A program made the translations under genes and the position numbers. A DNA stretch of 64,000 nt, from the NCBI GenBank assembly GCA_022839995.1, contig JALHIN010000006.1, positions 9,539-73,538 of the forward strand, given 5' to 3'. The notes under the pieces were generated by a model. That model worked only from the letters and a program-made list of their open reading frames with translations, did no database searches and was not told the origin of the DNA. The stretch is from Synergistota bacterium. Lineage in GTDB: Bacteria; Synergistota; Synergistia; Synergistales; 79-D21. The stretch's first letter is position 1, and each line of letters starts with the position of its first letter. Positions 48,416-57,683 of this stretch are shown piece by piece.

Positions 48416-50337
48416 GGACTTGCAAGGAACACGTCAGCCTTCCTGAAGCAAGAAAGATCATCCTCGAAGCGGTACGGGAGGCAGGGTTTCCGGAGGTTGC
48501 TCGAATTCCCGCAGAGGAAGGGCTGGGGTTCCTCCTGGCCGAGGATGTCCTTTCACGTCGAAACGTTCCGCACTATGCCGCTTCCGCCGTGGACGGCTTT
48601 GCCCTGAAGTCGGCCGAAACGGGACGTGCGACTCCGGCCACTGTTGTGCGACTCCCCCAGGATCGCTTCCTTTGGGTGAATACCGGCGGCCCCTTGCCGG
48701 ATTGGTGCGATTCCGTGGTGATGGTAGAGGATACCGCCATGGCGGAGAACGGCGATCTCCTCATTTCAAAAGCGCTCCCTCCAGGGGCGAACGTCCGTCC
48801 GGTAGGGGAGGACGTCATGAAAGGGCAGGTCATTGCCCATTGGGGAGAAAGGGTTGACCCTCCCATGATCGCGCTTCTCCTGGGGGCGGGGATCGGAGAG
48901 ATCCCTGTCTTTCGGCTTCCGAGATGCCTTTTCATCCCGACCGGAGACGAGATTTTCCCGGTAAGCGAATGGTTGGAAACCGAAGAGGAACCGAAGGGAA
49001 AAGTTCCCGAAACCAATTCCGCCTTAATAAAGGGGATTTTTAAAGAATGGGGACTGGACCTTGACATTCACCCCGTTTTGCCCGATGCGCCGGACCTCAT
49101 CAAGGAAAAGCTGAAGGCGGCGGCGGAGCGCTACGACCTGGTCCTGATCGGTGCCGGGACGGCGAAAGGGAAAAGGGATCACACAGCCGACGTGATTGCC
49201 TCAGAGGGTGAAATCCTGTTCAGGTGGGTCCGGATGAAACCGGGGCGTCCGGCTCTCTTTGGCAGGATAGAAAAGACCCTGGTCTTCGGAATCCCCGGAT
49301 TCCCCATGTCGGCGGCAGTCGCCGCCTGGAGCCTGGTGGCCCCGGCCACTTTCGCTATGTCCGGTGTGCCGGTCGGTGGGATGGAACCGGAAGAGATCTT
49401 GCGCCGGGCACTGCGGGCACGGGAAGAATTACGATGCGAGATGATGCTGCCCCATTCGTCCCCGGCGGGAACCGAAGAGTGGCTGAGGGTGAAGGCCGTG
49501 GAAGTGGGAGGGAGAAAAACCTTCTGGATCCTTTCTTCCGGGGCATCGACCATGGGGTCGATGCATGAGGCTGACGGGTACGTCCTCTTGCCCTCGGAAA
49601 AGGTCGAATGTCCGAAAGGGACCGGGGTCAACGTGTGGTTCAAACGAACGGTTCCCTGGTCAAGTAGGGCCCTTTTCCAAGGGTCGGACGATCCGGCGTT
49701 TACCCGGATCGTAACGCCCGTTCGGAAAAAGGGGGCCGACCTTGCGATCCGTTCGGTTGGGAGCCTCGGTGGTCTTGCGGCCCTTGCCCGGGGAGAGGGG
49801 CACCTGGCGGCCTGCCATCTGTTGGACGGGAAGACCGGCCGGTATAACGATGCGTTTATCGAGGATCTCTCGAACGGCGATTCCTGGGTTCGAAAGCTCC
49901 TGTATTATCGGGAGCAGGGGTTTTTGGTGGCGAAAGGAAATCCCATGGGACTTTCAAGGATAGAGGACCTCGCAGAAAAGAGGATCCGGATTGTGAACCG
50001 TCAAGCGGGAGCCGGGACTCGGATCCTCCTGGACTGGTTCCTTCTCGAGGCGGGCTTGGACAGGTCGAAGATTGCCGGATACGCGACCCAGGCCATGACC
50101 CACTTGGATGCAGCAAGCCGAGTGGCTTCGGGAGTCGTAGATGCGGCTCTCGGCATTCGGGCCGCTGCGGATGCTTTCGGGCTGGACTTCGTGACGATGG
50201 CCTGGGAACCCTTCGAGCTGGTCATCCCGGAAAAGTACCTGGAGCATCCCGGGGTAAGGGCGGTTCTGGAGTCAATCCGGGATCCCGAGTGGAGAAGTGG
50301 CGTTGAAGCTATGGGAGGATATCGATGGCCGGATTGA
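48409..50337 (+). CDS. MoeA-family protein fused to a C-terminal periplasmic-binding-protein-like (molybdate/tungstate-type) domain
   Basis: The N-terminal ~400 aa are MoeA-like (SAVDGFAL, NTGGPLPDWCDSVVMVE, PTGDEI, PGRP). The C-terminal ~230 aa resemble the PBP-like domain (NRQAGAGTRILLD...AALGIRAAADAFGLDF). Confidence 0.85.
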   Translation: MVRTCKEHVSLPEARKIILEAVREAGFPEVARIPAEEGLGFLLAEDVLSRRNVPHYAASAVDGFALKSAETGRATPATVVRLPQDRFLWVNTGGPLPDWCDSVVMVEDTAMAENGDLLISKALPPGANVRPVGEDVMKGQVIAHWGERVDPPMIALLLGAGIGEIPVFRLPRCLFIPTGDEIFPVSEWLETEEEPKGKVPETNSALIKGIFKEWGLDLDIHPVLPDAPDLIKEKLKAAAERYDLVLIGAGTAKGKRDHTADVIASEGEILFRWVRMKPGRPALFGRIEKTLVFGIPGFPMSAAVAAWSLVAPATFAMSGVPVGGMEPEEILRRALRAREELRCEMMLPHSSPAGTEEWLRVKAVEVGGRKTFWILSSGASTMGSMHEADGYVLLPSEKVECPKGTGVNVWFKRTVPWSSRALFQGSDDPAFTRIVTPVRKKGADLAIRSVGSLGGLAALARGEGHLAACHLLDGKTGRYNDAFIEDLSNGDSWVRKLLYYREQGFLVAKGNPMGLSRIEDLAEKRIRIVNRQAGAGTRILLDWFLLEAGLDRSKIAGYATQAMTHLDAASRVASGVVDAALGIRAAADAFGLDFVTMAWEPFELVIPEKYLEHPGVRAVLESIRDPEWRSGVEAMGGYRWPD

Positions 50338-51317
50338 TGGGTTCTTTCAACCGAAGGCTCGATTACGTCAGGCTCTCGGTTACGGATCGCTGCAACTACC
50401 GGTGCCGCTACTGCATGCCGGAAGAGGGAGTCGATTGGCTCGACCACGAAAAGATCCTTTCCTACGAGGAAATCCTGGTCCTGTGCCGCCTGCTTCACGA
50501 GATGGGAGTCAGGAAAATCCGGGTCACCGGCGGGGAACCCACGGTCAGAAAGGGGCTGCCCGACTTCCTCAGGCGCCTCCATGAAGAAATCCCGGCTCTC
50601 CACGTGGCGCTGACGACAAACGGGTCCCTTTTGCATTCAATGGCGGTGGAACTGTCGGCGATCCCCCTCGCAGGCCTGAATGTCAGCCTGGATTCCTTGG
50701 ACCCTGAGAAGTTCAGGTTTCTGACCCGTTGCGGTTCGTTAGACGATGTCCTGGAAGGAATTCGCGCGTTCAAGGCCAGATCCGACACTCCCCTCAAGAT
50801 CAACACGGTTCTTATGCGGGGGTTCAACGACGAAGAAATCCCGGCCCTCCTCAAATTTGCCGAATCCTGCGGCGCTGTTCTGAGGCTGATCGAATTCATG
50901 CCCCTGGACGAGTCCGTTTGGAGCCGGGATCGGTTCATTCCTGCAGACGACATTCTAAAGTCCCTCCCGGAACCGGAAAAGTGGATACCGGAAACGAAAG
51001 CCCGCAGGAGTCCGAACCATGGAATTCCCGTGGGCCCGGCTCGATACCTCGTTCACGCGGAAACGGGGCAGAGGCTTGGCATCATCGCTGCTGTAGGTCA
51101 CCACTTTTGCGAAACCTGCAACCGGTTGAGGATAACCGCAACCGGAGAGCTTCGGAGTTGCCTTTTCAGCCCTGAGGGCGTTTCCTTGAGAGAGGCGCTC
51201 CGCGAAGGAGACCTGGAAGCGGTCCGAGGGCTGATCCTTGCCGAAGCGGGAAGAAAGCCGAAATGCTGGAAGGAAGCTTCCGCCTCGACCCGGCATATGT
51301 CCCAGATTGGAGGATGA
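50325..51317 (+). CDS. moaA: GTP 3',8-cyclase MoaA (radical SAM)
   Basis: LSVTDRCNYRCRYCMPEEG, GGEPTVR, and the C-terminal cluster CETCNRLRITATGELRSCLF. Confidence 0.95.
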   Translation: MAGLMGSFNRRLDYVRLSVTDRCNYRCRYCMPEEGVDWLDHEKILSYEEILVLCRLLHEMGVRKIRVTGGEPTVRKGLPDFLRRLHEEIPALHVALTTNGSLLHSMAVELSAIPLAGLNVSLDSLDPEKFRFLTRCGSLDDVLEGIRAFKARSDTPLKINTVLMRGFNDEEIPALLKFAESCGAVLRLIEFMPLDESVWSRDRFIPADDILKSLPEPEKWIPETKARRSPNHGIPVGPARYLVHAETGQRLGIIAAVGHHFCETCNRLRITATGELRSCLFSPEGVSLREALREGDLEAVRGLILAEAGRKPKCWKEASASTRHMSQIGG

Positions 51318-51320
51318 GGA

Positions 51321-51806
51321 ATGGGAGAGTTGACTCACCTGGATGCGGAAGGGCACCCCGTAATGGTCGACGTTTCGGGGAAGCCCGAAACCGAAAGGGA
51401 AGCGGTAGCGGAAGGTTGGGTTCATCTGCCGGAAAGTGTATACGATGCGATCCTGGAAAATCGGATCCGGAAGGGAGATGTCCTGAAGATTGCGGAACTC
51501 GCCGGAATCCAGGGAGCGAAAAGGACGGCTTCGCTGATCCCCCTGTGCCACGGGATTCGTCTTGACCAAGCGAGCGTTCGCTGCCACCTTGTCCCGGATC
51601 GGAAAGCGATCCGCGTAGAATGTCATGTCAAGGCCCGAGAGGTAACGGGTGTGGAAATGGAAGCCTTGACGGGGGTTTCCGTTGCCGCCCTGACCGTATA
51701 CGACATGTGCAAGGCGCTGGACAAGGGAATCGAAATTAGGAACATCCGCCTCCTCATGAAAAAAGGCGGCAAAAGCGGCGAGTACAAGGTTTCAGAAGGG
51801 GTGTGA
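51321..51806 (+). CDS. moaC: cyclic pyranopterin monophosphate synthase MoaC
   Basis: LTHLD...MVDVSGK, IPLCHGI, TGVEMEALT and YDMCKA motifs. Confidence 0.95.
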   Translation: MGELTHLDAEGHPVMVDVSGKPETEREAVAEGWVHLPESVYDAILENRIRKGDVLKIAELAGIQGAKRTASLIPLCHGIRLDQASVRCHLVPDRKAIRVECHVKAREVTGVEMEALTGVSVAALTVYDMCKALDKGIEIRNIRLLMKKGGKSGEYKVSEGV

Positions 51807-51809
51807 AGG

Positions 51810-52685
51810 ATGCGGGTCATCGGGTTTCTCGAGGGGAAGAAATCGGCGGGCGGATTATCGATGATCTACCTCCACCTGGGGAGCAGGGGAGATTGCCTGG
51901 TGAACGGGAAATCAGCCGAGATTTTTGGTTCCGGCCCAGGTTTCCTGGAAGACCTGGGGGAGGGACAATGGCAGATCCTGTTTTCTTCAGATAGTCCAAT
52001 TCAGGAAGGGCATTTCATCTCCCTCGAAAAGGACGGCCCGGTTCTTCTGGTCGAAGAACCTCTTGAAAAATGCTTCCGGCTGAAGCCGATCAAGGGAGGA
52101 TTCGTATCGCTTTCTCAGAAAGCAGCACTTCAAAGGCCCATCAAGGTTGGGGTCCTCACCGTCAGCGATAAGGGAAGCCGGGGGGAAAGGGTCGACACGG
52201 CGGGTCCGGCACTGGAGGAACTGGTCATTCCTCTTGGAGCGGTTGTTTCCAGGCGGGCCATTGTCCCGGATGAGAGGGCCCTTATTGCCGAAACCCTCCG
52301 GGACTGGGCGGACCGGGAAAGGCTCAATCTCGTCCTCGTCACGGGCGGGACCGGGCTTTCCGGAAGGGATGTCACTCCGGAAGCCCTGGTGGACGTAGGG
52401 GACAGGATCGTCCCCGGGCTCGGGGAAGCGATGCGGAGGAAAACCGAACCCCTGTTTGACCGTTCGATCCTAAGCCGTGCTCTCGCGGTCACCCGAGGCA
52501 GCTGCCTGCTGATCTCCTTTCCTGGAAGTGAAAGAGGGGCACGCCAGTGTTTTGATGCAATCGGAGGCGTTTTACGGCACGCCGTCGAAATCCTGAACGG
52601 CTGGGAAGGAGATTGCGCCTTGCACGGCCATTCTCACACCTGGAAGAAGGGGTGCCATGCCGGAGACGACAGGTTCCTTCGTTGA
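51810..52685 (+). CDS. fusion of an uncharacterised N-terminal domain (MOSC-like?) with a MoaB/MogA molybdopterin-binding domain
   Basis: The C-terminal ~170 aa show IKVGVLTVSDKGSRGERVDTAGP...VLVTGGTGLSGRDVTPEA, a MoaB/Mog fold. I cannot confidently assign the N-terminal ~115 aa. There is a Cys/His-rich tail. Confidence 0.8.
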   Translation: MRVIGFLEGKKSAGGLSMIYLHLGSRGDCLVNGKSAEIFGSGPGFLEDLGEGQWQILFSSDSPIQEGHFISLEKDGPVLLVEEPLEKCFRLKPIKGGFVSLSQKAALQRPIKVGVLTVSDKGSRGERVDTAGPALEELVIPLGAVVSRRAIVPDERALIAETLRDWADRERLNLVLVTGGTGLSGRDVTPEALVDVGDRIVPGLGEAMRRKTEPLFDRSILSRALAVTRGSCLLISFPGSERGARQCFDAIGGVLRHAVEILNGWEGDCALHGHSHTWKKGCHAGDDRFLR

Positions 52686-53550
52686 AAAGGTCGTGATCAT
52701 CACCGGGATGTCTGGGGGAGGGAAGTCCACTGCCCTCCACATCCTAGAAGACCAGGGCTTTTTTGCCATCGACAACATCCCCCCTTCTCTCCTGCCCCAG
52801 CTTGTCGAAGTGCTGGGGAAGCACCGTGCAGCGGTCCTTCACGGAGTTGCGGCGGTTGTCGACATTCGGGGAGACGAACTCTTGAGGGATCTCGAAGCAG
52901 TGCTGGACAGCCTGAGGCGAAGGCTGGCAAGCGTCAAGCTGATCTTCATGGATGCGTCTGATTCCGCTTTGATCCGGCGTTACGAATGCACGAGGAGGCG
53001 CCATCCCTTGGGGCCCGGTCTTTCGACGCTGGAGGGCATTCAGAAGGAAAGGGAAAGCCTGGCCCCGCTCAAGGAAGCCGCGGACGTCGTCCTCGACACG
53101 ACGGGTTTGAACCTTTCCGATTTGAGGGGGCGTGTTCTCGAAAGCCTTGGAACTCCTCCCGGGCGCTTGACCGTGTTCCTGACCTCCTTTGGCTACAAGC
53201 ACGGGATCCCCCAGGATTGCGACTATCTCGTGGACGTTCGGTTCCTCACGAATCCCTATTACGAACCAGACCTGCGAGCCATGAGCGGGAAGGATTCGGC
53301 TGTAGCCGACTACATCTTCAAAGCCTCGAGCGCTGCGACCGATTTTCTCTTGAGGCAACGAGATCTCTTCGAGTTTATCTTCCCTCTGTACGAGGGGACG
53401 GGGAAGACACAGATCCACATCGCGGTCGGATGCACGGGGGGAAGGCACCGTTCGGTAGCAGTGGTGGAAGCATTCGCCTCCATGCTGGAACTGTCGGGAT
53501 ATTCCTGCGTCGTCCGCCATCGTGATATCGAAAGGGAGCAGACATGGTAA
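52657..53550 (+). CDS. rapZ: RNase adapter / nucleotide-binding protein RapZ (YvcJ)
   Basis: Walker A ITGMSGGGKSTA, FAIDNIPP, DVRFLTNPYY, and a C-terminal GCTGGRHRSV motif. Confidence 0.93.
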   Translation: MPETTGSFVEKVVIITGMSGGGKSTALHILEDQGFFAIDNIPPSLLPQLVEVLGKHRAAVLHGVAAVVDIRGDELLRDLEAVLDSLRRRLASVKLIFMDASDSALIRRYECTRRRHPLGPGLSTLEGIQKERESLAPLKEAADVVLDTTGLNLSDLRGRVLESLGTPPGRLTVFLTSFGYKHGIPQDCDYLVDVRFLTNPYYEPDLRAMSGKDSAVADYIFKASSAATDFLLRQRDLFEFIFPLYEGTGKTQIHIAVGCTGGRHRSVAVVEAFASMLELSGYSCVVRHRDIEREQTW

Positions 53551-54659
53551 CCACGGAATGGCTGGGTCCATTTTCGATCGGGCTGCTGATCGGGGGGGGT
53601 GCGGTTTTTATCTGGATGCGGCGTTTGATCCGGAAAAGACGCGGCTTAGCCGAAATCATGTCCAGTGCCATCGGTTTCCGGCTGAGTGCGGGGCCCCGTG
53701 TGGTCGCCCTGGGAGGAGGAACGGGCCTTTCCACCCTGCTCAAGGGGTTGAAGGCCTACACGCGCAATATAACGGCCATTGTCACGGTGACGGACGAAGG
53801 GGGCAGCTCGGGTCGTCTCAGGATCGAGTGGGGTGTTTTGCCACCCGGTGATGTCCGAAACTGCATCATTGCCCTGGCGGAGAACGACAGCGCCTTGAAC
53901 AGGCTCCTAAGCTTTCGTTTCGACAAGGGAGAATTGGCGGGACATAGCTTGGGCAACCTCGTGCTGCTGGCGGCAACAGAACTGGCTGGGGATTTTCGCC
54001 TGGCCGTGGAAGAGATGAACAAGCTCCTCGCGATCCGCGGCAGAGTCCTGCCTGTTACGACTGAGGCCGTGTCGATCGCAGGAGTGGATGCGAAAGGGAA
54101 CCGGTACCGCGGAGAGCTGGATGTGGCCCGTCATGGCCGTGAACTCACCGAAGTGCATCTGGAACCCGCGGATGCCAAGCCCCTGCAGGAAGTGGTGGAC
54201 TCAATCCGGGAAGCCGAGGTGATCGTGCTGGGTCCCGGTAGCCTGTTTACAAGCATTCTGCCGAACCTGCTCGTTCAGGGAGTGGCAGAAGCGGTACGGC
54301 TGGCCGAAGCCCCGAAAATCTACGTTGCGAACGTGATGACCCAGCCAGGGGAAACGGACGGTTTTTCCGTTTACGACCATGTCCGATGGATCAAGGAAGT
54401 CCTCGGGCAATACCCTGATATCGTCCTTGTCAATGAAACGGAAGTTCCGAAGGAAATCCTGCGGCGGTACCGCGAAACGGGATCCGAACCCGTGATCCTG
54501 AAGGAACGGGAGGAAGCGCGACTGACGAAATCGAGAGTCCAGGTGGTTCGAGGAGATTTCCTGGAAATCACGCCGGAGGGGCTTGTCCGGCATCAGACCC
54601 AGAGGGTTTCGGAAGCGATCATGAAGGTGGCGCGTGAGGCGAAAGAACTGGGACGATGA
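53544..54659 (+). CDS. yvcK: YvcK/CofD-like gluconeogenesis/cell-shape factor with N-terminal TM segment
   Basis: VVALGGGTGLSTLLKGLK, VTVTDEGGSSGRLR and PPGDVRNC motifs. An extra hydrophobic N-terminus (FSIGLLIGGGAVFIWM) is present. Confidence 0.9.
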   Translation: MVTTEWLGPFSIGLLIGGGAVFIWMRRLIRKRRGLAEIMSSAIGFRLSAGPRVVALGGGTGLSTLLKGLKAYTRNITAIVTVTDEGGSSGRLRIEWGVLPPGDVRNCIIALAENDSALNRLLSFRFDKGELAGHSLGNLVLLAATELAGDFRLAVEEMNKLLAIRGRVLPVTTEAVSIAGVDAKGNRYRGELDVARHGRELTEVHLEPADAKPLQEVVDSIREAEVIVLGPGSLFTSILPNLLVQGVAEAVRLAEAPKIYVANVMTQPGETDGFSVYDHVRWIKEVLGQYPDIVLVNETEVPKEILRRYRETGSEPVILKEREEARLTKSRVQVVRGDFLEITPEGLVRHQTQRVSEAIMKVAREAKELGR

Positions 54660-55579
54660 ACGCGATCGCGGAAAAACTTTGGGATGAATGGCTGACCGCT
54701 CCCATTAACGGGGCAGGAGAGGCTGACGCAGAAGTCGGTGCCCTGCTTTTGTCCATGAAAGAAAGGGAAGAGAAAGGCTGGACGGCCCTCTTCTCCAGGC
54801 GGATTTTTCTGTTCAGACGCCTGCATCAACTCTGGAATGCGGGGACTTGGAAAGAGGAGGGAGAGCTTGGGTCTTTCCTGAAACTTCCACCGGATCTCAA
54901 GGGGGTTCCATCGCTCGAAATCCCGCGATCCATGGTGGAAAAAGCACTGGGGAATCTTGGCCTTTCGACGGAAAGCACTGTGGGGGTCCGGTCGGCCTGG
55001 CTGAGAGGGATCTTGGGAGGGCTGGGCTCCCTGTACCTTCCCCAGACAGGGTATTATCTCGTGTTCCGGTTCGAAAAAAAGAAACGGCCGGTCGGGGAGA
55101 AAGCCGCCCAACTGCTGAAGATCGCCGGAATTAGGTTTACCGAGCGGCTCCGTTCTTTTCATGCCGATCTGCTGATCCGTGACCAGGGCCAAATCGTTGC
55201 TTTTCTTTCGGGCATCGGGCTCGTCGGAGCCAGTTTGGCACTTGAAGAAAGGTCATTGATGCGGTCCATGAGGGACAGGGCGAACAAGCTGGTCAATTGC
55301 GATTCGGCAAACATCCGGAAAAGCCTCGACGCTGCAGAGCGGCAGATGGAACTGGCCGAACGGGTTTGCGCGTCCGGCCTGTTCGAACGGTTGGCTCCTT
55401 CCTACCGGGAGCTCGTGACGGCAAGGCTGGAAAATCCGAGCGTGTCCCTTCGCGAGCTGGGGCAACTACTCTCGAGACCCGTGACGAAAAGTACAGTAGA
55501 ATATAGATGGAGCCGCTTGGGGAGACTTTTGGAGAACACCGTGAAGGGGGATGGTTGCCATGTACCTTGGGAAAGCTGA
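54656..55579 (+). CDS. whiA: DNA-binding protein WhiA
   Basis: Degenerate LAGLIDADG-type scaffold plus a C-terminal HTH (SLRELGQLLSRPVTKSTVEYRWSRL). It holds the conserved rapZ-yvcK-whiA position. Confidence 0.88.
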   Translation: MNAIAEKLWDEWLTAPINGAGEADAEVGALLLSMKEREEKGWTALFSRRIFLFRRLHQLWNAGTWKEEGELGSFLKLPPDLKGVPSLEIPRSMVEKALGNLGLSTESTVGVRSAWLRGILGGLGSLYLPQTGYYLVFRFEKKKRPVGEKAAQLLKIAGIRFTERLRSFHADLLIRDQGQIVAFLSGIGLVGASLALEERSLMRSMRDRANKLVNCDSANIRKSLDAAERQMELAERVCASGLFERLAPSYRELVTARLENPSVSLRELGQLLSRPVTKSTVEYRWSRLGRLLENTVKGDGCHVPWES

Positions 55580-57524
55580 TGTCAACACCTACGAAAAGGG
55601 GGCCGGGCGCGAATATCTCGTTTCAAACGGCCGCGGGAGCTATTGTTTCTCGACGGTGGCTGGATCGAACACGAGAAGGGAACACGGGCTCCTTGTCGTC
55701 CGGCCCCAGGATTGCGCTCAGCACAGGGTTCTTGTCAGCAAAGTGGAGGAGACTCTCTTCACCCGAGGGAAGAAATATCAACTTTCGACGAACCGATACA
55801 AGGACGTCATTTTCCCCGACGGGTTTCGCTACATCCAGGAATTCCATTCCAACCCCCTGCCCAGTATCCTTTTTGTCGTACACAGCCTGCTGATGAGGAA
55901 AACGGTTTACATGCCCGAAGGAAAGGACGCCTGCATCGTAAAGTATGAGCTTTTGGCGAGCCCTGACCGAATCCAGCTGGAAGTGAGGCCTCTTTTTGCC
56001 CATCGCCTCTACACGGAAGTCCGGTCGAAATCCGCGGAAGACTCCTTCCATGCGGATTTCGCTTCCAACGGGATCTTGGTGAACGGCCGTCAGATGAGCA
56101 GCTTCCTTTCTTTCCCGAAAGGCGAGTGGCACCCCAAGGCCTACTGGCATGACCACCTCCTCTACGAGAACGACGAGATTTCCGCTCCCTCGACGGAGGA
56201 CCTATGGTCCCCGGGTTCCCTGTCGATCGAAATGGCCGAAGGGGAGACGGCCTACGTGGTATTCTCCTCGGAACCCTTCCATCCTTCCGTCGATCAGATC
56301 GAGGCTTTCGAGAAGGATGCGATTGCAAACCAGCAGAGCCGTTTCGGAAAGATCGAGCCTGCAGGGCAATCCTCCGCGGTGAGGGATCTGACACGGACGG
56401 CGCTCCACCTGTTTGCTTCGGGGAAGGACCGGGGGACAACCTTGTTCTCCGGGTACCCTTCCCTTTGCGAACGTGCTCGGGACACTTTCATCGCCCTTCC
56501 CGGACTGACCCTATCGCTGGGGCGCTACCGGGATGCAGAGGAAGTTCTCAACCGCTGGCTTGACCTGGCCCGTCTAAACGATGCGGTCATGCCGAGCGAA
56601 ATCGATACTTCAACCGGACATGCACTCCTAAAAGGTGCGGATGCAGGCCTCTGGTTCCTTTATGCGCTGGAAAAACTGACCGAGAAGACGGGTTCCCTGG
56701 AATTTGCCGAAAAGAACTGGGAAATCCTGGTGGAGATGGTCTCCCGGTATGAAACGGGAATTCGGGCCTTGGACCTGCATTGCGAGGAAGATCTCCTTGT
56801 CCTTGAAAAACCGGACCCGGAGCGGCACTGGATGGAAGGAACCGTGAACGGTAGCCCCGTTGTGGTTCGTTGCGGCAAGCTGGTGGAGTTTAATGCCCTT
56901 TGGTACAACGCCTTGCGGGCCATGGAGCGCTTCGCTGAGGGGCTTGGCCTGCCGGAAGATGCGGAAAAGTACGGGAAACAGGCGGACCGGACCAGGGAAT
57001 CGTTTGTACGGACTTTCTGGAACCCTGAGGGAGGGTTCCTGTACGATTCGGTGGATGGGGAGAAGAAGGATGACGTAATTCGTCCGAATCAGATCCTGGC
57101 GGTTTCTCTCCCGAGTTCACCCCTTCCTCCCGAGATCGGTCGATCGGTGGTGGAAGTCTGTTGGAACGAGCTCGTGACGACCTACGGCCTGAGGACCCTC
57201 GATCCCCATCATGACAAATACAAGGGAAGGTTCGAGGGAAGATCCGACCAGAAAGCGAAGGCCCGTTACCGCGGAATGGCGTGGCCGTGGCTTTTGGGGC
57301 AGTTCGTGACGGCCTACATGCGGTATAACCCGAAGAGGAGCGATATTGCCTGGTGTTTCATCCGCCCCTTCACGGCGCACCTGAGGCAGGGGTGTCTCGG
57401 CGGAATTGCCGAAGTGTTCGACGGCAGCATGCCCTACCTCCCTCACGGGGATGTCCTGAGCGCGGCAAGCATGGGAGAAATCCTGCGGGTCATGGAGGAA
57501 GACCTTCTCCTGCAGCAGAGGTGA
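55551..57524 (+). CDS. glycogen debranching enzyme-like (amylo-alpha-1,6-glucosidase family)
   Basis: 657 aa. N-terminal EYLVSNGRGSY...TRREHGLLV (GDE_N_bis-like) and a C-terminal (alpha/alpha)6-type region (NQILAVSLP, YGLRTL, WPWLLGQF). An alternative ATG lies at 55560. Confidence 0.88.
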   Translation: MVAMYLGKADVNTYEKGAGREYLVSNGRGSYCFSTVAGSNTRREHGLLVVRPQDCAQHRVLVSKVEETLFTRGKKYQLSTNRYKDVIFPDGFRYIQEFHSNPLPSILFVVHSLLMRKTVYMPEGKDACIVKYELLASPDRIQLEVRPLFAHRLYTEVRSKSAEDSFHADFASNGILVNGRQMSSFLSFPKGEWHPKAYWHDHLLYENDEISAPSTEDLWSPGSLSIEMAEGETAYVVFSSEPFHPSVDQIEAFEKDAIANQQSRFGKIEPAGQSSAVRDLTRTALHLFASGKDRGTTLFSGYPSLCERARDTFIALPGLTLSLGRYRDAEEVLNRWLDLARLNDAVMPSEIDTSTGHALLKGADAGLWFLYALEKLTEKTGSLEFAEKNWEILVEMVSRYETGIRALDLHCEEDLLVLEKPDPERHWMEGTVNGSPVVVRCGKLVEFNALWYNALRAMERFAEGLGLPEDAEKYGKQADRTRESFVRTFWNPEGGFLYDSVDGEKKDDVIRPNQILAVSLPSSPLPPEIGRSVVEVCWNELVTTYGLRTLDPHHDKYKGRFEGRSDQKAKARYRGMAWPWLLGQFVTAYMRYNPKRSDIAWCFIRPFTAHLRQGCLGGIAEVFDGSMPYLPHGDVLSAASMGEILRVMEEDLLLQQR

Positions 57525-57552
57525 GCCTTCGGGTGGACGGAGAAAGCTTTTC

Positions 57553-57581
57553 TTGATTTCCCTGGCGGAACGGATTAAAAT
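57553..57581 (+). promoter_or_regulatory. candidate sigma-70-type promoter upstream of gap
   Basis: TTGATT-17 nt-TAAAAT, located just after the stop of the preceding gene and before the hairpin at 57599-57627. Confidence 0.45.
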
Positions 57582-57598
57582 TTGATAGGATTCGAGAG

Positions 57599-57627
57599 AA
57601 AGGGTATGGCTGAGGCTATACCCTTTT
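57599..57627 (+). terminator. terminator/attenuator-like hairpin in the gap leader
   Basis: GGGTATGGC-TGAG-GCTATACCC (9 bp with one G-U) is flanked by AAA and TTTT. The U-tract is short (4 T). Confidence 0.6.
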
Positions 57628-57683
57628 CGCGTGGGTTCCGTTCAATCAAACAATGGATTTGTACGAAGGAGGAGGGGAGCCGA

